Below, piece by piece: positions 40,494 through 47,942 of a stretch of 64,000 nt of DNA (within the stretch, counting starts at the first letter, position 1; every line of letters begins with the position of its first letter). A program made the translations under genes and the position numbers. The notes under the pieces are model-generated. The model was not told the DNA's origin, did no database searches, and saw only the letters and a list, made by a program, of their open reading frames with translations. Origin of the DNA: an uncultured Gemmatimonadaceae bacterium (GTDB taxonomy: Bacteria > Gemmatimonadota > Gemmatimonadetes > Gemmatimonadales > Gemmatimonadaceae); the NCBI GenBank assembly GCA_963781585.1, contig CAWAGQ010000004.1, positions 192,001-256,000 on the forward strand, in the 5' to 3' direction.

Positions 40494-41423
40494 CTAACGC
40501 ATGAAGACGCTGCGCGCCACGAACCAGGCGTTCGCCGGCCGCTCGGCAAGGCGCCGCATGTACCACGGGAACCACTGGCTGCCGTAGCTGATCAGGCAGC
40601 GAACCGCGCGCCCCTCGGCGGCCAGCGACCGCTGCTCGGTGGACCGAATGCCGTACAGCATGTGGATCTCGTAGCCTCCGGGTCCCACGTTCAGTCGGGC
40701 GGCCCGGGCCACCAGGTGGCGGATGATATTCAGGTCGTGCGTTCCGAATACCGGGAACGCGGCGTCGGCCGCTGCCGCGTTCAACAACCGCTCGCCGACC
40801 GAAATGTACTGGGCATCCACGTCCTTCTTCGACGGAAAGGCCGCGTCGGGAGGTTCAGCGTAAGCGCCCTTCACCAGCCGGATCCAGGGCCGCACCTCGA
40901 GCAGCGCCTCCACGTCCTGCGGCGTGCGCCGCAGGTATGCCTGCAGGCAGACCCCCACCGGTTCGTACCGCTCACGGAGCTGTCGATACAGCGACAGCGT
41001 CCGGTCCACGTACGTCGAGTCCTCCATGTCGATCCACAGCTGGCTCCCGGTGGCCGTCGCCTTGGCGGCCAGCGCCGCGAGGTGGTCGAGGCAGACGTCA
41101 AACGAGAGGTCGAGGCCCAGCTGAGTGGGCTTTACCGAAATGACCGCGGGCAGTCCCGCGCGTTGGACCAGGTCGTACGCTTCCAGGTAGTGATCGCGAA
41201 CGCCGTCGGCCTGCGATTCGCCCGTGAGGGTCTCCCCCAGTCGCGTAATGACGGATCCGATGCGCACGCCGGTGAGTTGCCTGGCGGCGGCCAGCGCATC
41301 GGCGAGCTCCTCGCCGGGCATGAATCGCTTGAGGGCGCGGCGCGCGAACGGCCGCCGCATGAACCGGTGCGCGAGCCACGGGCTCTTCGAGGCGCGCAGG
41401 AAGACACTTCGGGCGATGGACAT
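40494..41423 (-). CDS. Monofunctional proline dehydrogenase
   Basis: SVKPTQLG, IDMED, QAYLRR, RLVKGAY, THD, MLYG, YMRRLAERPAN. Confidence 0.93.
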   Translation of the reverse strand: MSIARSVFLRASKSPWLAHRFMRRPFARRALKRFMPGEELADALAAARQLTGVRIGSVITRLGETLTGESQADGVRDHYLEAYDLVQRAGLPAVISVKPTQLGLDLSFDVCLDHLAALAAKATATGSQLWIDMEDSTYVDRTLSLYRQLRERYEPVGVCLQAYLRRTPQDVEALLEVRPWIRLVKGAYAEPPDAAFPSKKDVDAQYISVGERLLNAAAADAAFPVFGTHDLNIIRHLVARAARLNVGPGGYEIHMLYGIRSTEQRSLAAEGRAVRCLISYGSQWFPWYMRRLAERPANAWFVARSVFMR

Positions 41424-41434
41424 GCGAGGGGGAC

Positions 41435-42580
41435 TCAGGCCTTCGGGATGGCTTTCTGCGGATCCAGGAACGGCTTCGGCACCACCGTCGCCGCGCGTTC
41501 GCCGACCAGCGGCACAGCAATCGTGAGGCCGGTTCCCATGGTCGCATAGGCGGCCGGTATCATCGCGTAGCCGAGGTTCTTCTTCAGGCGCGGTGACCAG
41601 ATCGCCGACGTCACCCGGCCGATCGGCACGCCACCCGCCACCACCGCCCACTTCGAGTCGTTGAACCCGAGCGGATCCCCTGCGATCTCGATGCCGACCA
41701 GTTTCCTGCTCACCCCGCGCGCGCGAACGGCGTCGAGCGCTTCTTTCCCGATATACGCCGCGGACTTGTTCGCGTCCACGAGCCAGTCGAGGCCCACCTC
41801 GTAGAGGTTGTCCTGGAGCGTGATGTCGGCGCCCCAATTGAGTATTCCCGCCTCGATCCGGCGGATGTCCGAGGGACCGGTGGGCCGGATCTGGTGCGGC
41901 TTGCCCGCCTCCATGATGCGCTCCCACAGCGCGTCGCCACGGCTGCCGTCGCGGAGGTACACCTCGAATCCCACTTCGCCCGTCCATCCGGTCCGCGTCA
42001 CGACCACCGGCACGCCGTCGAGCGATGCCTCGAAGAAATGGTAGTACTTGAGCGCGTTCACGCGGTCGCCGAACAGCGCCTGGGCCACCTCCCGCGACTT
42101 CGGGCCCTGCAGCTGAAGCGGCGAAACATCCGGCTCGCTCAGGGTGACCATCATCCCCGAGTTCAGCGCCACGCCGCGCGCCCAGAGCAGAACATCGCTG
42201 TCGGCGAGTGCCAGCCAGAAGTGGTTTTCGCCGAGGCGCAGAAGGACGGGGTCGTTGATGACCCCGCCGTCGGCCGCGGTGATCGCCACGTATTTTCCCT
42301 GACCCACGGCGCAGCGGCTCAGGTCGCGCGGCGTCAGCATGTTCACGAACGCGAAGGCGTCGGGCCCGGTTATCTCGACCTGACGTTCCACGGCCACGTC
42401 CCACAGTGTGACGTGATTGATGAGGTGCCAGTACTCCGCCTCGAGGTCGTCGAAGCGGATGGGGAAGAGCATGTGGTTGTAGACGGTGTACGCCTTCGCG
42501 CCCCAACGCTGCGTGGCCTCGAAGAACGGACTGCGGCGCAGCCGGGCGCCGCGCTGCACGAGAGCCATGTCGAACGTCAT
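41435..42580 (-). CDS. GcvT-family THF-dependent aminomethyltransferase/demethylase (DmdA-like)
   Basis: YTVYNHM, WDVAVERQ..I.GPDA, NDP, RTGWTGE.GFE, RRIEAG. Confidence 0.88.
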   Translation of the reverse strand: MTFDMALVQRGARLRRSPFFEATQRWGAKAYTVYNHMLFPIRFDDLEAEYWHLINHVTLWDVAVERQVEITGPDAFAFVNMLTPRDLSRCAVGQGKYVAITAADGGVINDPVLLRLGENHFWLALADSDVLLWARGVALNSGMMVTLSEPDVSPLQLQGPKSREVAQALFGDRVNALKYYHFFEASLDGVPVVVTRTGWTGEVGFEVYLRDGSRGDALWERIMEAGKPHQIRPTGPSDIRRIEAGILNWGADITLQDNLYEVGLDWLVDANKSAAYIGKEALDAVRARGVSRKLVGIEIAGDPLGFNDSKWAVVAGGVPIGRVTSAIWSPRLKKNLGYAMIPAAYATMGTGLTIAVPLVGERAATVVPKPFLDPQKAIPKA

Positions 42581-42593
42581 TGCAACCCGACTC

Positions 42594-43109
42594 CTACAAG
42601 TAGCGGGCCATCGCCATTGACGCGACAGCCAGCAGCAGAAACACGCCCACGATGCGGGCGCTCAGCGCTGCCCGCACTCGAAAGACCTGCGCTTCGACCA
42701 GGCGTGCCGCGCGCGTGGACTCGTCCGCGATCTGTGGGAGCGCGCGCATGATCGCCCAGATCCGTACCGCCGAAGGACGCATCACCCCCATGCCGACGAA
42801 GAAGGCGACGAGTGCACACGCGGCGCCGAAGCTCATTGTGCGCCCCAACGCCGATCGCATCCAGAGCGAGCTGAATCCCGATGACACCACCCACATCAGC
42901 CGCAGTCCGGCCAGGATGGTCACGGCGGCGACGATCGGCAGGACCGTCAGGTAGCGGCGGGCGAAGAGCTGGATCATGACCTTCCCGCCCTCGGGTCCGG
43001 CGGCCCGAATGCTCGGTTCCAGGTAGGTCACGAAGAAGAAGATCGTGCCGGCCCAGTAGACGCCCAGCACGATATGCACGATGCGAAGGGTGACCAGTTC
43101 CGCGTGCAT
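42594..43109 (-). CDS. Hypothetical four-TM membrane protein
   Basis: LRIVHIVLGVYWAG start and four hydrophobic segments. Confidence 0.75.
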   Translation of the reverse strand: MHAELVTLRIVHIVLGVYWAGTIFFFVTYLEPSIRAAGPEGGKVMIQLFARRYLTVLPIVAAVTILAGLRLMWVVSSGFSSLWMRSALGRTMSFGAACALVAFFVGMGVMRPSAVRIWAIMRALPQIADESTRAARLVEAQVFRVRAALSARIVGVFLLLAVASMAMARYL

Positions 43110-43318
43110 GCACGCTCCGGGTTTCGATCAGGTATCCGCGGCAGATTGGACGGCCCGCCACATGCAGGGTGGGCGCATCGAGCGCGGAACATACACCGGA
43201 ACCGGGACGATGCCAGCCGCCGACGCGCCTGCGGGGCTCGGGAGCACACGATGCTGGCGCGCCTCGCGCGCGAATCCGGCGGTGCCCCGCGGCGGAGGGA
43301 GCTGGCGGCGCAGTGGCC

Positions 43319-43750
43319 CTAGCGGTCCTGCTCGCGCGGCCGGGCAGTGTAGCACCACGCTTCGCCCTCCAACACCGTGTCGCCCGCCTGATTGGTGACC
43401 TTTACCGCCAGCTGCGTCACCGGCTTGGTGGGGTGCACGTGCAGCACTTCGACGTCCGCCGTGATCGAGTCACCGACGTAGACCGGGGCGGTGAACTTCC
43501 AGCTCTGGCTCAGGAACACCGTTCCCGGGCCGGGCAGATCCATCGCCACCAGCGCGTGCAGGAGACCAGTCGTTAGGCCGCCCTGCGTGATGAGACGTCC
43601 GAACCGCGTTCCGGCGGTAAAGGCCTGGTCGAAGTGCAGGGGGTTGCGGTCGCCGGTCAGCTGCGCGAACGCTTCCACGTCGCCCGCCGTGATGGTGGCG
43701 CTCCGCGAGGCGCGATCGCCCACGCGCGGCGGGCCGGCCGGCTCCGTCAC
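43319..43750 (-). CDS. MaoC-family dehydratase
   Basis: TGDRNPLHFD, LPGPGTVF, F.APVYVGD; GTGA overlap with the upstream gene. Confidence 0.9.
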   Translation of the reverse strand: MTEPAGPPRVGDRASRSATITAGDVEAFAQLTGDRNPLHFDQAFTAGTRFGRLITQGGLTTGLLHALVAMDLPGPGTVFLSQSWKFTAPVYVGDSITADVEVLHVHPTKPVTQLAVKVTNQAGDTVLEGEAWCYTARPREQDR

Positions 43751-44694
43751 TCCTCGGGCGGGCCACCGGCCCGCGCGACCTGGTCGGTCTTGATCTTCGC
43801 CGCGTCGAACCGGCGCGCACTCGCCAGCATCTTGTCGATCGTCTCGTCGAAGTCCGCTACCGCCCGTCGCTGGAACCGGAGCGGGTTGATACGTGCCACT
43901 ACGAACGCCCGCAGGTACGGGCTCTCGAACCCGCGCTTCTTGAGTAACGCCACGGCCTCGCTCACCGCCTCGTTCAGTTCCAGCAGCTTGGCCGCACGCG
44001 CCCGCCGCGTCTCCAGGGCAGTGGGCAACCTGGACGCCAGGAACTTGTCGCAGCGCTTGAGGACGCTGTGATACGCGCCGCCGGCGAAGCGCCCGTTCTG
44101 CTGGTAGCACAGCCCGAGTGTGATCAGTGCCGGCTCCTCGAACTCGGCAGAGAACTCCTTCTCCGGGCGGTCGTCCAGGGCCGCCAGCCCCTCGGCGAGC
44201 CGCGACACTTCGAGCGCGCGCTCCCGCAGGTTGTGCGCCTTCTCGGTGTTGAGCAGCAGGATGCGATGCGCCACTTCCGGCTCGGGAACGACGATAGCCA
44301 CGATGGACTTCGCGCCCAGTTCGCGCATCGCGCCCAGACGATGGTGCCCGTTAGGCGTCCAGTACTGCCCATCGTCGGCCGGCACGGCGACGATCGGATC
44401 GAGGTAGCGGTCGAGCCGGTCGATCGCCGACGACAACCGCTGCACGTGCAGTGCCGACAGGTCCCGCTGATACGGCGTGGGCGCCACCTTCGCGAGCGGA
44501 AGCGCGGCCAGCACCTGCCAGTGACCGCCAAGCGGGTCGCGGTAAGTGGCCAGGACATCACCGCCGTCGGCCATGACGCGCTCGGCCAGCCGCTGAATGG
44601 TGGCCGGCGGTTCCGCGGTGGCGAGCCGTCGCGCGTCGAGCCCCCGGGATGCGGCGGGGACCGCTGTCTTTCGTTTGCGTCGGACGGCGGGCAT
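43747..44694 (-). CDS. ParB/Srx N-terminal domain protein
   Basis: PTPYQRDLS, LDPIV, TPNGHHRL. Confidence 0.8.
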   Translation of the reverse strand: MPAVRRKRKTAVPAASRGLDARRLATAEPPATIQRLAERVMADGGDVLATYRDPLGGHWQVLAALPLAKVAPTPYQRDLSALHVQRLSSAIDRLDRYLDPIVAVPADDGQYWTPNGHHRLGAMRELGAKSIVAIVVPEPEVAHRILLLNTEKAHNLRERALEVSRLAEGLAALDDRPEKEFSAEFEEPALITLGLCYQQNGRFAGGAYHSVLKRCDKFLASRLPTALETRRARAAKLLELNEAVSEAVALLKKRGFESPYLRAFVVARINPLRFQRRAVADFDETIDKMLASARRFDAAKIKTDQVARAGGPPEE

Positions 44695-44748
44695 GATGTG
44701 GCAGGAGTATCGAGTGGTGCCGGGCCGCGTGCAACCCCTGGGACCACC

Positions 44749-45180
44749 CTAGATCTCGCCCTGACGCAACAGGCGCGCGCATGCATGCACTCCGCCCAGA
44801 TCGAGTCCCAACCAGGAGGCCGCTTCCGGCCAGGTGCGGAAGACCGCGAACCGCGCGCCGCTCGGCTGCACCGAAACGAGGATGTCGATCATCCGCGCGG
44901 TGGCGTACACCAGGTCCGAAGACGCCACCACCGCTGTTGGAACCGAGCCCACCAGGTCGGCGCCGGTCGCGACCTGCGCCGCGAGCGCTTCCACATCGGC
45001 CGCGGGCATCTCGAGTTCGTGGAGCGCGGACGAGTCGACCACGTGCGCGGCCGCGCCGCGCACCAGGGGATCATCGGCGCGGCGCCGACGCAACTGCGCG
45101 ATCTCGCCGAACGAAACCTTCCCCCAGTAGCACGTCAGGAGGATCCGCTCGCCCTGCCGATATCGGTACTCAGCTCCCAC
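44749..45180 (-). CDS. Hypothetical protein, STAS/SpoIIAA-like
   Basis: Pattern G.V...E.....D...VVDSS...TAVV....YATARM....AVFRT..EA..WL; GTG start. Confidence 0.6.
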   Translation of the reverse strand: MGAEYRYRQGERILLTCYWGKVSFGEIAQLRRRRADDPLVRGAAAHVVDSSALHELEMPAADVEALAAQVATGADLVGSVPTAVVASSDLVYATARMIDILVSVQPSGARFAVFRTWPEAASWLGLDLGGVHACARLLRQGEI

Positions 45181-45226
45181 GCCCGTGCCTCCCGGCCATC
45201 GTGCCGCACGACAGAAGGACCGCTCG

Positions 45227-45865
45227 TCACGACCCGACGTCACGGACCGCATCGGCCAGCGCAAGCCAGGCCGCCAGCGCCGCGGACTTCTCGTCCGCCC
45301 GCCACGGTGATCCGACCCTCCCCCCGATATCGGCGAGCGCCCGCCGGATGCCCCGGTCGCCGCGCTTCAGCCGCCTGACCGCCACGTGCATCAGCTCTTT
45401 CGCGGCGAACGTCGCGGGCTCGAGGCCCGCCGCACACACCCCGTCCTCCACAATCGTCCGGAAGAAGTGTCCTTCCTCCGCGTGCGCGCGAATATGCTCG
45501 TTGGCGATCGTCGAAGGGTCGATCAGACTTCCGGCCACGACGCCGGCACCGCACAGATCCCGGCCGGACGACCGGTATTCGCGAAACAGCCTCGCCAACT
45601 GCCCCCGCGCGTGAGTCTCTGCCACCCGGCGCAACCGTGCGACATCACGCGCGGCGGCAGCCCGGTGCACGCCGAGCGCCGCGTGGTAGGGCTGCGCTGA
45701 TGCGGGAACATCGGGATCGGACAGCTCCACCACACGCCGATCGGCGATCGCGGGCTCGTCGTCGGTCAGTCGCAACAGCACGACGACGCACCGTCCCGAT
45801 TTGACGCGGAACCCGGCGGCCCACCGGCCGGACTCCAGCGCCACCCGGCCGCGTTTGGACGCCAT
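45227..45865 (-). CDS. Conserved hypothetical protein (alternative GTG start 45844)
   Basis: GFRVKSG, QPYHAA, H...HAEEG, G.PW..DEK.AALAAW; codon pattern typical of this genome. Confidence 0.7.
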   Translation of the reverse strand: MASKRGRVALESGRWAAGFRVKSGRCVVVLLRLTDDEPAIADRRVVELSDPDVPASAQPYHAALGVHRAAAARDVARLRRVAETHARGQLARLFREYRSSGRDLCGAGVVAGSLIDPSTIANEHIRAHAEEGHFFRTIVEDGVCAAGLEPATFAAKELMHVAVRRLKRGDRGIRRALADIGGRVGSPWRADEKSAALAAWLALADAVRDVGS

Positions 45866-46050
45866 TGAATCGGTCCTCCCTTGTGCACCTGCGGCACTCC
45901 GTCGGTCATCCACGTCGGGGCCGGCGCGTCCTTCAGGTAGTGGTCGAAGAACTGCTTCATCCGCACCTGGAAGTCCTTCTGGTTTTCCTTCTTCGCCAGG
46001 TGATGCGGTTCGTCCGGATAAGAGAGGAAGATCACTTGCTAACCGTTGCG
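45864..46050 (-). pseudogene. Displaced 3'-end remnant of the S9 peptidase gene (direct repeat of 47945-48131)
   Basis: 187 bp with 13 mismatches to 47945-48131 by hand alignment; in-frame TAG replaces a Lys codon and the terminal TAG has become TGG. Confidence 0.9.
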
Positions 46051-46126
46051 GCTCGTGCGGGCGCGTCGGCGAGTCGGAACTGACCAGCGCCCTCGGCAGC
46101 GGTCCGAGTATCTCTCACCGGCGCCT

Positions 46127-47290
46127 TCAGAACGTGTAACGACGCAAGTACTGCAATCCGTCCTCGTCCACTCGTACGACGTAGATGGACCGCGGCCCGA
46201 AACCCACCACGTGACAATGCTGTGGAAGGATCACTCGTTCCACGAGACGGCCATCGCGGGCCAGCACGTCGTACATCGGCGGGTCGTCCACCGATCTGGC
46301 TCGCCGAATCCACAGTCGGCCATCCGGTGCGAACAGCAGCGCGTCATGAAGGAACGGCGGGAAGCCCGTTGGCCATCGGACTGGTCGTCCTGCACTCGGA
46401 GACCTCGTCATGGCGCGTGTGGCTCTTTTCGACCCTTCAGGGACGATGACGGCTTCGGTCGGCGAACTCAGCTCAGCCAGCCACTGCTTTTTGTCCTCCT
46501 CCGTAACCCGCACGCGTTCGTATGCGATCACGGGACCGTCCAACCGCCGGCCGCGCTCGAAGTACGTGACGCGATATGGATCGACCGACATCACGGCCAC
46601 GCGGCCGTCAGGTGCCACAATCCACTGATCACTGCTTCCGAAGCCGGGTATCTCCGATCTTGGCCGAACGGCGTGGCCACGACTCCCCGGCACAGGTTGG
46701 AAACCCAGGGCCGGATCTCGCATGAATGCCACCGTATCTCGGCGCCAGGTATTCAGGTCCAGTCGCTCGATCGGGGACGAATCGGACTGGGGCGTCGGAC
46801 CATTCGGCTGCATGCGTACGCCACCCAGCAAGTGATAGACGCTGTCGGCCGTGTCGCTCGCCGCAGGCACGACCAGCCTGGCTCCCGTCGCCGTATTAGC
46901 GCCAGCTCCCGCGCCGAGAAGGGTGATAATCGAGCCGATCTCCCCATGCGCGCTGACCGTAAGGAGCCTTTCGTTGCCCGCGTCGTAAACCGCGAGTTTC
47001 CGAACGCTCAAGGGCAGGAGTTGATTCGGACGGACGTACTCGCCGGGACCGCTTCCCGAGCGTCCAAGTTGTGTCACGCTTCCCTGAGCGAGGTCTACTA
47101 GGCGCAGCAACCATTCCCGCTTGTCGAGCAGCACGAGACGACCGTCTGCCAGCTCCCGGACGGCATCGACCTGCGTGAACCCCTCGGGCAGTTCAACGTC
47201 CGGCTTGGAAAGTGTGCGCGTGGCAACGTGCTGATGAGCCGATAGAACGGTCGATATGATCGCGACGCACGCGACGAAGTTGGTACGCAT
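46127..47290 (-). CDS. Secreted six-bladed beta-propeller (NHL-like) protein
   Basis: Signal peptide; DGR.V.LD, GRSGSGPGEY..P, PDGR.W, YDV...DG. Confidence 0.8.
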   Translation of the reverse strand: MRTNFVACVAIISTVLSAHQHVATRTLSKPDVELPEGFTQVDAVRELADGRLVLLDKREWLLRLVDLAQGSVTQLGRSGSGPGEYVRPNQLLPLSVRKLAVYDAGNERLLTVSAHGEIGSIITLLGAGAGANTATGARLVVPAASDTADSVYHLLGGVRMQPNGPTPQSDSSPIERLDLNTWRRDTVAFMRDPALGFQPVPGSRGHAVRPRSEIPGFGSSDQWIVAPDGRVAVMSVDPYRVTYFERGRRLDGPVIAYERVRVTEEDKKQWLAELSSPTEAVIVPEGSKRATRAMTRSPSAGRPVRWPTGFPPFLHDALLFAPDGRLWIRRARSVDDPPMYDVLARDGRLVERVILPQHCHVVGFGPRSIYVVRVDEDGLQYLRRYTF

Positions 47291-47710
47291 GATTCACCGC
47301 CTGATTCCGGTGCACTTGATGAGGACCGAAGGCATTGGCAGAACACGAGCGTGTGCTTGAGATCCAGATGCCCAGCCGTCCATGGCATGACCCCGCGGAC
47401 CGACGCCAATCGCGTACCAGACGCGCGTGGCGCACTACTTCGACCGATTGTGCCGCACGGCACCGTGGCTTGCACTGCGGACATCGCGTCGTGAATCCGG
47501 CCCTCAATCGCGATGGAAGCGCACCCATCGTCTCGCCGGGGAAACAAAGCCTGGATGATCGCGCTGCTATTCATCGGACGTCATTCGGTGGTGCCCGCTA
47601 CAGCGACTTGACAGGAGCGCCGACCAGTTTACTGGCATCGCTTGTCAACACCACGACGCTCCCCCTAAAGCAAATTGCACGCACGAGTCACGTGCGCGGG
47701 TGCCGCGAAA

Positions 47711-47922
47711 CTAGTCCTGATGGACATAAATATATGAACGTATTCTCTGGACTTCTGGAGTCGCGCGTGGCACCCTTCCGTGACCTGGAGGGAGAAATGC
47801 CACGAGAGAGTCCTTTTGTGGTTCGCCTGTCCCGCGAGGAGCGGCGCATCCTCCAGCGGGCTGCACTCGTCGCGCTTCCAACCAGTTCTACGCCAGTGCC
47901 GAGGACTACTGCACAGTCCTGA
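47711..47922 (+). mobile_element. IS630-family left-end remnant (truncated transposase N-terminus)
   Basis: CTAGTCCTGATGGACATAAAT end-like sequence, then RBS and ATG 47797 MPRESPFVVRLSREERRILQR, resembling IS630 ORF starts; frame stops at 47922. Confidence 0.5.
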
Positions 47923-47942
47923 GGGCAGCATGAGCCGAAGGG

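Noticed and set aside
40494..42506. 670-aa ORF suggesting a long proline dehydrogenase fusion
   Set aside because: The upstream part overlaps the GcvT-like gene in another frame; the real start is ATG 41423
45766..46035. 89-aa ORF as an independent gene
   Set aside because: It is the decayed duplicate of the S9 peptidase 3' end reading through a lost stop
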